Source: the human T2T-CHM13v2.0 reference genome, Homo sapiens
Assembly (NCBI RefSeq): GCF_009914755.1
Contig: NC_060935.1
Length of the DNA stretch: 64,000 bases
Strand: one strand, 5' to 3'
The position numbers were made by a program, and so were the translations under genes. The notes beneath the pieces are model-generated. The model did not search any database. It was not told where the DNA came from and saw only the letters and a program-made list of their open reading frames with translations. Positions within the stretch are counted from its first letter, which is position 1, and the number at the start of each line of letters is the position of its first letter. Below, piece after piece: positions 36,526-50,000 of the stretch.

Positions 36526-39500
36526 ATAAAGGAAATAACTTCATCTAAAAACCAAGCGGAAGCATTCACAGACAATTCTTAGTGATCATTGGATTGAACT
36601 AACAGAGCTGAACATTCCTTTAGATGGCGCAGTTTCCAAACACACTTTCTGTAGAATCTGCCACTGGATATTTGGACCTCTCTGAGGATTTCGTTGGAAA
36701 CGGGCTAAACTTCCCAGAACTACACGGAAGCATTCTGAGAAACTTCTTTGTGATGTTTGCATTCAACTCACAGAGTGGAAACTTGCTTTCATAGTTCAGC
36801 TTTCAAACACTCTTTTTGTAGAATCTGCAAGTGGATATTTGGACCACTTTGTGGCCTTCCTTCGAAACGGGTATATCTTCACATCAAACCTAGACAGAAG
36901 CATTCTCAGAATGTTTCCTGTGATGACTGCATTCAACTCACAGAGGTGAACAATCCTGCTGATGGACCAGTTTTGAAACTCTCTTTCTTTGAATTCTGCA
37001 AGTGGATATGTGGACCTCTGTGAAGATTTCGTTGGAAACGGGTTCATCTTCACAGAAAAACTAAGCAGGAGCATTCTCAGAAACTGCTTTGTGATGTTTG
37101 TGTTCCACTTCAGGAATTGAACTTTCCTCTTGACAGAGCAGCTCTGAAACCCTCTTTTTCTAGAATCTGCAAGTGGACATTTGGAGGGCTTTGAGGCCTG
37201 TGGTGGAAAAGGAAACTCTTCACATAAAAACTAGATGGAAGCATTCTCAGAAACTACTTTGTGATGATTGCATTCGACTCACAGAGTTGAACATTCCTAT
37301 AGATAGAGCAGGTTGTAAACAATCTTTTTGTAGAATCTGCGATTGGAGATTTGGACTGCTTTGAGGCCTACTGTAGTCAAGGAAATAACTTCATCTAAAA
37401 ACCAAACGGAAGCATTCACAGACAATTCTTAGTGATCATTGGATTGAACTAACAGAGCTGAACATTCCTTTACATGGCGCAGTTTCCAAACACACGTTCT
37501 GTAGAATCTGCCACTGGATATTTGGACCTCTCTGAGGATTTCGTTGGAAACGGGCTAAACTTCCCAGAACTACACGGAAGCATTCTGAGAAACTTCTTTG
37601 TGATGTTTGCATTCAACTCACAGAGTTGAACCTTGCTTTCATAGTTCAGCTTTCAAACACTCTTTTTGTAGAATCTGCAAGTGGATATTTGGACCACTTT
37701 TTGGCCTTCCTTCGAAACGGGTATATCTTCACATCAAACCTAGACAGAAGCATTCTCAGAATGTTTCCTGTGATGACTGCATTCAACTCACAGAGGTGAA
37801 CAATCCTGCTGATGGAGCAGTTTTGAAACTCTCTTTCTTTGGATTCTGCAAGTGGATATGTGGACCTCTGTCAAGATTTCGTTGGAAACGGGTTCATCTT
37901 CATAGAAAAACTAAACAGGAGCATTCTCAGAAACTGCTTTGTGATGTTTGTGTTCCACTTCAGGAATTGAACTTTCCTCTTGACAGAGCAGCTCTGAAAC
38001 CCTCTTTTTCTAGAATCTGCAAGTGGACATTTGGAGGGCTTTGAGGCCTGTGGTGGAAAAGGAAAATCTTCACATAAAAACTAGATGGAAGCATACTCAG
38101 AAACTACTTTGTGATGATTGCATTCGACTCACAGAGTTGAACATTCCTATAGATAGAGCAGGTTGTAAACAATCTTTTTGTAGAATCTGCGATTGGAGAT
38201 TTGGACTGCTTTGAGGCCTACTGTAATAAAGGAAATAACTTCATCTAAAAACCAAACGGAAGCATTCACAGACAATTCTTAGTGATCATTGGATTGAACT
38301 AACAGAGCAGAACATTCCTTTAGATGGCGCAGTTTCCAAACACACTTTCTGTAGAATCTGCCACTGGATATTTGGACCTCTCTGAGGATTTCGTTGGAAA
38401 CGGGCTAAACTTCCCAGAACTACACGGAAGCATTCTGAGAAACTTCTTTGTGATGTTTGCATTCAACTCACAGAGTGGAAACTTGCTTTCATAGTTCAGC
38501 TTTCAAACACTCTTTTTGTAGAATCTGCAAGTGGATATTTGGACCACTTTGTGGCCTTCCTTCGAAACGGGTATATCTTCACATCAAACCTAGACAGAAA
38601 CATTCTCAGAATGTTTTCTGTGATGACTGCATTCAACTCACAGAGGTGAACAATCCTGCTGATGGACCAGTTTTGAAACTCTCTTTCTTTGTATTCTGCA
38701 AGTGGATATGTGGACCTCTGTGAACATTTCGTTGGAAACGGGTTCATCTTCACAGAAAAAAAAAGCAGGAGCATTCTCAGAAACTGCTTTGTGATGTTTG
38801 TGTTCCACTTCAGGAATTGAACTTTCCTCTTGACAGAGCAGCTCTGAAACCCTCTTTTTCTAGAATCTGCAAGTGGACATTTGGAGGGCTTTGAGGCCTG
38901 TGGTGGAAAAGGAAAATCTTCACATAAAAACTAGATGGATGCATTCTCAGAAACTACTTTGTGATGATTGCATTCGACTCACAGAGTTGAACATTCCTAT
39001 AGATAGAGCAGGTTGTAAACAATCTTTTTGTAGAATCTGCGATTGGAGATTTGGACTGCTTTGAGGCCTACTGTAGTAAAGGAAATAACTTCATCTAAAA
39101 ACCAAACGGAAGCATTCACAGACAATTCTTAGTGATCATTGGATTGAACTAACAGAGCTGAACATTCCTTTAGATGGAGCAGTTTCCAAACACACTTTCT
39201 GTAGAATCTGCAAGTGGATATTTGGACCTCTCTGAGGATTTCGTTGGAAAAGGGATAAACTTCCCAGAACTACATGGAAGCATTCTGAGAAACTTCTTTG
39301 TGATGTTTGCATTCAACTCACAGAGTTGAAACTTGCTTTCATAGTTCAGCTTTGAAACACTCTTTTTGTAGAATCTGCAAGTGGATATTAGGACCACATT
39401 GTGGCCTTCCTTCGAAACGGGTATATCTTCACATCAAACCTAGACAGAAGCATTCTCAGAATGTTTCCTGTGATGACTGCATTCAACTCACAGAGGTGAA

Positions 39501-42500
39501 CAATCCTGCTGATGGAGCAGTTTTGAAACTCTCTTTCTTTGGATTCTGCAAGTGGATATGTGGACCTCTGTGAACATTTCGTTGGAAACGGGTTCATCTT
39601 CACAGAAAAACTAAACAGGAGCATTCTCAGAAACTGCTTTGTGATGTTTGTGTTCCACTTCAAGAATTGAACTTTCCTCTTGACAGAGCAGCTCTGAAAC
39701 CCTCTTTTTCTAGAATCTGCAAGTGGACATTTGGAGGGCTTTGAGGCCTGTGGTGGAAAAGGAAACTCTTCACATAAAAACTAGATGGAAGCATTCTCAG
39801 AAACTACTTTGTGATGATTGCATTCAACTCACAGAGTTGAACATTCCTATAGATAGAGCAGGTTGTAAACAATCTTTTTGTAGAATCTGCGATTGGAGAT
39901 TTGGACTGCTTTGAGGCCTACTGTAGTAAAGGAAATAACTTCATCTAAAAACCAAACGGAAGCATTCACAGACAATTCTTAGTGATCATTGGATTGAACT
40001 AACAGAGCTGAACATTCCTTTAGATGGCGCAGTTTCCAAACACACTTTCTGTAGAATCTGCCACTGGATATTTGGACCTCTCTGAGGATTTCGTTGGAAA
40101 CGGGCTAAACTTCCCAGAAATACACGGAAGCATTTTGAGAAAGTTCTTTGTGATGTCTGCATTCAACCCACAGAGGTGAACCTTGCTTTCATAGTTCAGC
40201 TTTCAAACACTCTTTTTGTAGGATCTGCAAGTGGATATTTGGACCACTTTGTATCCTTCCTTCGAAACGGGTATATCTTCACATCAAACCTAGACAGAAG
40301 CATTCTCAGAATGTTTCCTGTGATGACTGCATTCAACTCACAGAGGTGAACAATCCTGCTGATGGACCAGTTTTGAAACTCTCTTTCTTTGGATTCTGCA
40401 AGTGGATATGTGGACCTCTGTGAAGATTTCGTTGGAAACGGGTTCATCTTCACAGAAAAACTAAACAGGAGCATTCTCAGAAACTGCTTTGTGATGTTTG
40501 TGTTCCACTTCAGGAATTGAACTTTCCTCTTGACAGAACAGCTCCGAAACCCTCTTTTTCTAGAATCTGCAAGTGGACATTTGGAGGGCTTTGAGGCCTG
40601 TGGTGGAAAAGGAAAATCTTCACATAAAAACTAGATGGAAGCATTCTCAGAAACTACTTTGTGATGATTGCATTCGATTCACAGAGTTGAACATTCTTAT
40701 AGATAGAGCAGGTTGTAAACAATCTTTTTGTAGAATCTGCGATTGGAGATTTGGACTGCTTTGAGGCCTACTGTAGTAAAGGAAATAACTTCATCTAAAA
40801 ACCAAACGGAAGCATTCACAGACAATTCTTAGTGATCATTGGATTGAACTAACAGAGCTGAACATTCCTTTAGATGGCGCAGTTTCCAAACACACTTTCT
40901 GTAGAATCTGCCACTGGATATTTGGACCTCTCTGAGGATTTCGTTGGAAACGGGCTAAATTTCCCAGAACTACACGGAAGCATTCTGAGAAACTTCTTTG
41001 TGATGTTTGCATTCAACTCACAGAGTTGAACCTTGCTTTCATAGTTCAGCTTTCAAACACTCTTTTTGTAGAATCTGCAAGTGCATATTTGGACCACTTT
41101 GTGGCCTTCCTTCGAAACGGGTATATCTTCACATCAAACCTAGACAGAAGCATTCTCAGAATGTTTCCTGTGATGACTGCATTCAACTCACAGAGGTGTA
41201 CAATCCTGCTGATGGAGCAGTTTTGAAACTCTCTTTCTTTGGATTCTGCAAGTGGATATGTGGACCTCTGTGAAGATTTCGTTGGAAACGGGTTCATCTT
41301 CACAGAAAAAATAACCAGGAGCATTCTCAGAAACTGCTTTGTGATGTTTGTGTTCCACTTCAGGAATTGAACTTTCCTCTTGACAGAGCAGCTCTGAAAC
41401 CCTCTTTTTCTAGAATCTGCAAGTGGACATTTGGAGGGCTTTGAGGCCTGTGGTGGAAAAGGAAAATCTTCACATAAAAACTAGATGGAAGCACTCTCAG
41501 AAACTACTTTGTGATGATTGCATTCGACTCACAGAGTTGAACATTCCTATAGATAGAGCAGGTTGTAAACAATCTTTTTGTAGAATCTGCGATTGGAGAT
41601 TTGGACTGCTTTGAGGCCTACTGTAGTAAAGGAAATAACCTCATCTAAAAACCAAACGGAAGCATTCACAGACAATTCTTAGTGATCATTGGATTGAACT
41701 AACAGAGCTGAACATTCCTTTAGATGGCGCAGTTTCCAAACACACTTTCTGTAGAATCTGCCACTGGATGTTTGGACCTCTCTGAGGATTTCGTTGGAAA
41801 CGGGCTAAACTTCCCAGAACTACACGGAAGCATTCTGAGAAACTTCTTTGTGATGTTTGCATTCAACTCACAGAGTTGAAACTTGCTTTCATAGTTCAGT
41901 TTCAAACACTCTTTTTGTAGAATCTGCAAGTGGATATTTGGACCACTTTGTGGCCTTCCTTCGAAACGGGTATATCTTCACATCAAACCTAGACAGAAGC
42001 ATTCTCAGAATGTTTTCTGTGATGACTGCATTCAACTCACAGAGGTGAACAATCCTGTTGATGGAGCAGTTTTGAAACTCTCTTTCTTTGGATTCTGCAA
42101 GTGGATATGTGGACCTCTGTGAAGATTTCGTTGGAAACGGGTTCATCTTCACAGAAAAACTAAACAGGAGCATTCTCAGAAACTGCTTTGTGATGTTTGT
42201 GTTCCACTTCAAGAATTGAACTTTCCTCTTGACAGAGCAGCTCTGAAACCCTCTTTTTTTAGAATCTGCAAGTGGACATTTGGAGGGCTTTGAGGCCTGT
42301 GGTGGAAAAGGAAAATCTTCACATAAAAACTAGATGGAAGCATTCTCAGAAACTACTTTGTGATGATTGCATTGGACTCACAGAGTTGAACATTCCTATA
42401 GATAGAGCAGGTTGAAAACAATCTTTTTGTAGAATCTGCGATTGGAGATTTGGACTGCTTTGAGGCCTACTGTAGTAAAGGAAATAACTTCATCTAAAAA

Positions 42501-44042
42501 CCAAACGGAAGCATTCACAGACAATTCTTAGTGATCATTGGATTGAACTAACAGAGCTGAACATTCCTTTAGATGGCGCAGTTTCCAAACACACTTTCTG
42601 TAGAATCTGCAAGTGGATATTTGGACCTCTCTGAGGATTTCGTTGGAAACGGGATAAACTTCCCAGAACTACACGGAAGTATTCTGAGAAACTTCTTTGT
42701 GATGTTTGCATTCAACTCACAGAGTTGAACCTTGCTTTCATAGTTCAGCTTTCAAACACTCTTTTTGTAGAATCTGCAAGTGGATATTTGGACCACTTTG
42801 TGGCCTTCCTTCCAAACGGGTATATCTTCATATCAAACCTAGACAGAAGCATTCTCAGAATGTTTCCTGTGATGACTGCATTCAACTCACAGAGGTAAAC
42901 AATCCTGCTGATGGAGCAGTTTTGAAACTCTCTTTCTTTGGATTCTGCAAGTGGATATGTGGACCTCTGTGAAGATTTCGTTGGAAACGGGTTCATCTTC
43001 ACAGAAAAAATAACCAGGAGCATTCTCAGAAACTGCTTTGTGATGTTTGTGTTCCACTTCAGGAATTGAACTTTCCTCTTGACAGAGCAGCTCTGAAACC
43101 ATCTTTTTCTAGAATCTGCAAGTGGACATTTGGAGGGCTTTGAGGCCTGTGGTGGAAAAGGAAACTCTTCACATAAAAACTAGATGGAAGCATTCTCAGA
43201 AACTACTTTGTGATGATTGCATTCGACTCACAGAGTTGAACATTCCTATAGATAGAGCAGGTTGTAAACAATCTTTTTGTAGAATCTGTGATTGGAGATT
43301 TGGACTGCTTTGAGTCCTACTGTATTAAAGGAAATAACTTCATCTAAAAACCAAACGGAAGCATTCACAGACAATTCTTAGTGATCATTGGATTGAACTA
43401 ACAGAGCTGAACATTCCTTTAGATGGAGCAGATTCCAAACACACTTTCTGTAGAATCTGCAACTGGATATTTGGACCTCTCTGAGGATTTCGTTGGAAAC
43501 GGGATAAACTTCCCAGAACTACACGGAAGCATTCTGAGAAACTTCTTTGTGATGTTTGCATTCAACTCACAGAGTTGAACCTTGCTTTCATAGTTCAGCT
43601 TTCAAACACTCTTTTTGTAGAATCTGCAAGTGGATATTTGGACCACTTTTTGGCCTTCCTTCGAAACGGGTATATCTTCGCATCAAACCTAGACAGAAGC
43701 ATTCTCACAATGTTTCCTGCGATGACTGCATTCAACTCACAGAGGTGAACAATCCTGCTGATGGAGCAGTTTTGAAACTCTCTTTCTTTGGATTCTGCAA
43801 GTGGATATGTGGACCTCTGTGAAGATTTCGTTGGAAACGGGTTCATCTTCACAGAAAAACTAAACAGGAGCATTCTCAGAAACTGCTTTGTGATGTTTGT
43901 GTTCCACTTCAAGAATTGAACTTTCCTCTTGACAGAGCAGCTCTGAAACCCTCTTTTTCTAGAATCTGCAAGTGGACATTTGGAGGGCTTTGAGGCCTGT
44001 GGTGGAAAAGGAAAATCTTCACATAAAAACTAGATGGAAGCA

Positions 44043-47000
44043 CTCTCAGAAACTACTTTGTGATGATTGCATTCGACTCACAGAGTTGAACATTCCTATA
44101 GATAGAGCAGGTTGTAAACAATCTTTTTGTAGAATCTGCGATTGGAGATTTGGACTGCTTTGAGGCCTACTGTAGTAAAGGAAATAACTTCATCTAAAAA
44201 CCAAACGGAAGCATTCACAGACAATTCTTAGTGATCATTGGATTGAACTAACAGAGCTGAACATTCCTTTAGATGGCGCAGTTTCCAAACACACTTTCTG
44301 TAGAATCTGCAAGTGGATATTTGGACCTCTCTGAGGATTTCGTTGGAAACGGGATAAACTTCCCAGAACTACACGGAAGTATTCTGAGAAACTTCTTTGT
44401 GATGTTTCCATTTAACTCACAGAGTTGAACCTTGCTTTCATAGTTCAGCTTTCAAACACTCTTTTTGTAGAATCTGCAAGTGGATATTTGGACCACTTTG
44501 TGGCCTTCCTTCCAAACGGGTATATCTTCACATCAAACCTAGACAGAAGCATTCTCAGAATGTTTCCTGTGATGACTGCATTCAACTCACAGAGGTAAAC
44601 AATCCTGCTGATGGAGCAGTTTTGAAACTCTCTTTCTTTGGATTCTGCAAGTGGATATGTGGACCTCTGTGAAGATTTCGTTGGAAACGGGTTCATCTTC
44701 ACAGAAAAAATAACCAGGAGCATTCTCAGAAACTGCTTTGTGATGTTTGTGTTCCACTTCAGGAATTGAACTTTCCTCTTGAGAGAGCAGCTCTGAAACC
44801 CTCTTTTTCTAGAATCTGCAAGTGGACATTTGGAGGGCTTTGAGGCCTGTGGTGGAAAAGGAAACTCTTCACATAAAAACTAGATGGAAGCATTCTCAGA
44901 AACTACTTTGTGATGATTGCATTCGACTCACAGAGTTGAACATTCCTATAGATAGAGCAGGTTGTAAACAATCTTTTTGTAGAATCTGTGATTGTAGATT
45001 TGGACTGCTTTGAGGCCTACTGTAGTAAAGGAAATAACTTCATCTAAAAACCAAACGGAAGCATTCACAGACAATTCTTAGTGATCATTGGATTGAGCTA
45101 ACAGAGCTGAACATTCCTTTAGATGGAGCAGATTCCAAACACACTTTCTGTAGAATCTGCAACTGGATATTTGGACCTCTCTGAGGATTTCGTTGGAAAC
45201 GGGATAAACTTCCCAGAACTACACGGAAGCATTCTGAGAAACTTCTTTGTGATGTTTGCATTCAACTCACAGAGTTGAACCTTGCTTTCATAGTTCAGCT
45301 TTCAAACACTCTTTTTGTAGAATCTGCAAGTGGATATTTGGACCACTTTGTGGCCTTCCTTCGAAACGGGTATATCTTCACATCAAACCTAGACAGAAGC
45401 ATTCTCAGAATGTTTTCTGTGATGACTGCATTCAACTCACAGAGGTGAACAATCCTGTTGATGGAGCAGTTTTGAAACTCTCTTTCTTTGGATTCTGCAA
45501 GTGGATATGTGGACCTCTGTGAAGATTTCGTTGGAAACGGGTTCATCTTCACAGAAAAACTAAACAGGAGCATTCTCAGAAACTGCTTTGTGATGTTTGT
45601 GTTCCACTTCAAGAATTGAACTTTCCTCTTGACAGAGCAGCTCTGAAACCCTCTTTTTCTAGAATCTGCAAGTGGACATTTGGAGGGCTTTGAGGCCTGT
45701 GGTGGAAAAGGAAAATCTTCACATAAAAACTAGATGGAAGCATTCTCAGAAACTACTTTGTGATGATTGCATTCGACTCACAGAGTTGAACATTCCTATA
45801 GATAGAGCAGGTTGAAAACAATCTTTTTGTAGAATCTGCGATTGGAGATTTGGACTGCTTTGAGGCCTACTGTAGTAAAGGAAATAACTTCATCTAAAAA
45901 CCAAACGGAAGCATTCACAGACAATTCTTAGTGATCATTGGATTGAACTAACAGAGCTGAACATTCCTTTAGATGGCGCAGTTTCCAAACACACTTTCTG
46001 TAGAATCTGCAAGTGGATATTTGGACCTCTCTGAGGAGTTCGTTGGAAACGGGATGAACTTCCCTGAACTACACGGAAGTATTCTGAGAAACTTCTTTGT
46101 GATGTTTGCATTCAACTCACAGAGTTGAACCTTGCTTTCATAGTTCAGCTTTCAAACACTCTTTTTGTAGAATCTGCAAGTGGATATTTGGACCACTTTG
46201 TGGCCTTCCTTCCAAACGGGTATATCTTCACATCAAACCTAGACAGAAGCATTCTCAGAATGTTTCCTGTGATGACTGCATTCAACTCACAGAGGTAAAC
46301 AATCCTGCTGATGGAGCAGTTTTAAAACTCTCTTTCTTTGGATTCTGCAAGTGGATATGTGGACCTCTGTGAAGATTTCATTGGAAACGGGTTCATCTTC
46401 ACAGAAAAAATAACCAGGAGCATTCTCAGAAACTGCCTTGTGATGTTTGTGTTCCACTTCAGGAATTGAACTTTCCTCTTGACAGAGCAGCTCTGAAACC
46501 CTCTTTTTCTAGAATCTGCAAGTGGACATTTGGAGGGCTTTGAGGCCTGTGGTGGAAAAGGAAACTCTTCACATAAAAACTAGATGGAAGCATTCTCAGA
46601 AACTACTTTGTGATGATTGCATTCGACTCACAGAGTTGAACATTCCTATAGATAGAGCAGGTTGTAAACAATCTTTTTGTAGAATCTGTGATTGGAGATT
46701 TGGACTGCTTTGAGGCCTACTGTCGTAAAGGAAATAACTTCATCTAAAAACCAAACGGAAGCATTCACAGACAATTCTTAGTGATCATTGGATTGAACTA
46801 ACAGAGCTGAACATTCCTTTAGATGGAGCAGATTCCAAACACACTTTCTGTAGAATCTGCAACTGGATATTTGGACCTCTCTGAGGATTTCGTTGGAAAC
46901 GGGCTAAACTTCCCAGAACTACACGGAAGCATTCTGAGAAACTTCTTTGTGATGTTTGCATTCAACTCACAGAGTTGAACCTTGCTTTCATAGTTCAGCT

Positions 47001-50000
47001 TTCAAACACTCTTTTTGTAGAATCTGCAAGTGGATATTTGGACCACTTTGTGGCCTTCCTTCGAAACGGGTATATCTTCACATCAAACCTAGACAGAAGC
47101 ATTCTCAGAATGTTTTCTGTGATGACTGCATTCAACTCACAGAGGTGAACAATCCTGTTGATGGAGCAGTTTTGAAACTCTCTTTCTTTGGATTCTGCAA
47201 GTGGATATGTGGACCTCTGTGAAGATTTCGTTGGAAACAGGTTCATCTTCACAGAAAAACTAAACAGGAGCATTCTCAGAAACTGCTTTGTGATATTTGT
47301 GTTCCACTTCAAGAATTGAACTTTCCTCTTGACAGAGCAGCTCTGAAACCCTCTTTTTCTAGAATCTGCAAGTGGACATTTGGAGGGCTTTGAGGCCTGT
47401 GGTGGAAAAGGAAAATCTTCACATAAAAACTAGATGGAAGCATTCTCAGAAACTACTTTGTGATGATTGCATTCGACTCACAGAGTTGAACATTCCTATA
47501 GATAGAGCAGGTTGAAAACAATCTTTTTGTAGAATCTGCGATTGGAGATTTGGACTGCTTTGAGGCCTACTGTAGTAAAGGAAATAACTTCATCTAAAAA
47601 CCAAACGGAAGCATTCACAGACAATTCTTAGTGATCATTGGATTGAACTAACAGAGCTGAACATTCCTTTAGATGGAGCAGATTCCAAACACACTTTCTG
47701 TAGAATCTGCAACTGGATATTTGGACCTCTCTGAGGATTTCGTTGGAAACGGGATAAACTTCCCAGAACTACACGGAAGCATTCTGAGAAACTTCTTTGT
47801 GATGTTTGCATTCAACTCACAGAGTTGAACCTTGCTTTCATAGTTCAGCTTTCAAACACTCTTTTTGTAGATTCTGCAAGTGGATATTTGGACCACTTTT
47901 TGGCCTTCCTTCGAAACGGGTATATCTTCGCATCAAACCTAGACAGAAGCATTCTCACAATGTTTCCTGCGATGACTGCATTCAACTCACAGAGGTGAAC
48001 AATCCTGCTGATGGAGCAGTTTTGAAACTCTCTTTCTTTGGATTCTGCAAGTGGATATGTGGACCTCTGTGAAGATTTCGTTGGAAACGGGTTCATCTTC
48101 ACAGAAAAACTAAACAGGAGCATTCTCAGAAACTGCTTTGTGATGTTTGTGTTCCACTTCAAGAATTGAACTTTCCTCTTGACAGAGCAGCTCTGAAACC
48201 CTCTTTTTCTAGAATCTGCAAGTGGACATTGGGAGGGCTTTGAGGCCTGTGGTGGAAAAGGAAAATCTTCACATAAAAACTAGATGGAAGCACTCTCAGA
48301 AACTACTTTGTGATGATTGCATTCGACTCACAGAGTTGAACATTCCTATAGATAGAGCAGGTTGTAAACAATCTTTTTGTAGAATCTGCGATTGGAGATT
48401 TGGACTGCTTTGAGGCCTACTGTAGTAAAGGAAATAACTTCATCTAAAAACCAAACGGAAGCATTCACAGACAATTCTTAGTGATCATTGGATTGAACTA
48501 ACAGAGCTGAACATTCCTTTAGATGGCGCAGTTTCCAAACACACTTTCTGTAGAATCTGCCACTGGATATTTGGACCTCTCTGAGGATTTCGTTGGAAAC
48601 GGGCTAAACTTCCCAGAACTACACGGAAGCATTCTGAGAAACTTCTTTGTGATGTTTGCATTCAACTCACAGAGTTGAACCTTGCTTTCATAGTTCAGCT
48701 TTCAAACACTCTTTTTGTAGAATCTGCAAGTGGATATTTGGACCACTTTGTGGCCTTCCTTCGAAACGGGTATATCTTCACATCAAACCTAGACAGAAGC
48801 ATTCTCAGAATGTTTTCTGTGATGACTGCATTCAACTCACAGAGGTGAACAATCCTGTTGATGGAGCAGTTTTGAAACTCTCTTTCTTTGGATTCTGCAA
48901 GTGGATATGTGGACCTCTGTGAAGATTTCGTTGGAAACGGGTTCATCTTCACAGAAAAACTAAACAGGAGCATTCTCAGAAACTGCTTTGTGATGTTTGT
49001 GTTCCACTTCAAGAATTGAACTTTCCTCTTGACAGAGCAGCTCTGAAACCCTCTTTTTCTAGAATCTGCAAGTGGACATTTGGAGGGCTTTGAGGCCTGT
49101 GGTGGAAAAGGAAAATCTTCACATAAAAACTAGATGGAAGCATTCTCAGAAACTACTTTGTGATGATTGCATTCGACTCACAGAGTTGAACATTCCTACA
49201 GATAGAGCAGGTTGAAAACAATCTTTTTGTAGAATCTGCGATTGGAGATTTGGACTGCTTTGAGGCCTACTGTAGTAAAGGAAATAACTTCATCTAAAAA
49301 CCAAACGGAAGCATTCACAGACAATTCTTAGTGATCATTGGATTGAACTAACAGAGCTGAACATTCCTTTAGATGGCGCAGTTTCCAAACACACTTTCTG
49401 TAGAATCTGCCACTGGATATTTGGACCTCTCTGAGGATTTCGTTGGAAACAGGATAAACTTCCCAGAACTACACGGAAGCATTCTGAGAAACTTCTTTGT
49501 GATGTTTGCATTCAACTCACAGAGTTGAACCTTGCTTTCATAGTTCAGCTTTCAAACACTCTTTTTGTAGAATCTGCAAGTGGATATTTGGACCACTTTG
49601 TGGCCTTCCTTCGAAACGGGTATATCTTCACATCAAACCTAGACAGAAGCATTCTCAGAATGTTTTCTGTGATGACTGCATTCAACTCACAGAGGTGAAC
49701 AATCCTGCTGATGGACCAGTTTTGAAACTCTCTTTCTTTGGATTCTGCAAGTGGATATGTGGACCTCTGTGAAGATTTCGTTGGAAACGGGTTCATCTTC
49801 ACAGAAAAACTAAACAGGAGCATTCTCAGAAACTGCTTTGTGATGTTTGTGTTCCACTTCAAGTATTGAACTTTCCTCTTGACAGAGCAGCTCTGAAACC
49901 CTCTTTTTCTAGAATCTGCAAGTGGACATTTGGAGGGCTTTGAGGCCTGTGGTGGAAAAGGAAACTCTTCACATAAAAACTAGATGGAAGCATTCTCAGA

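Noticed and set aside
37607-38044. Longest ORF (145 aa)
   Set aside because: It arises from one private TGA>TCA change at 37871-37873 in U45 that reads through the usual stop; there is no other sign of coding function.
36525-38230. AATAAA hexamers created by variants at 36525-36530 and 38225-38230
   Set aside because: Single substitutions in AT-rich DNA with no transcript evidence; a polyadenylation role cannot be supported from the sequence.
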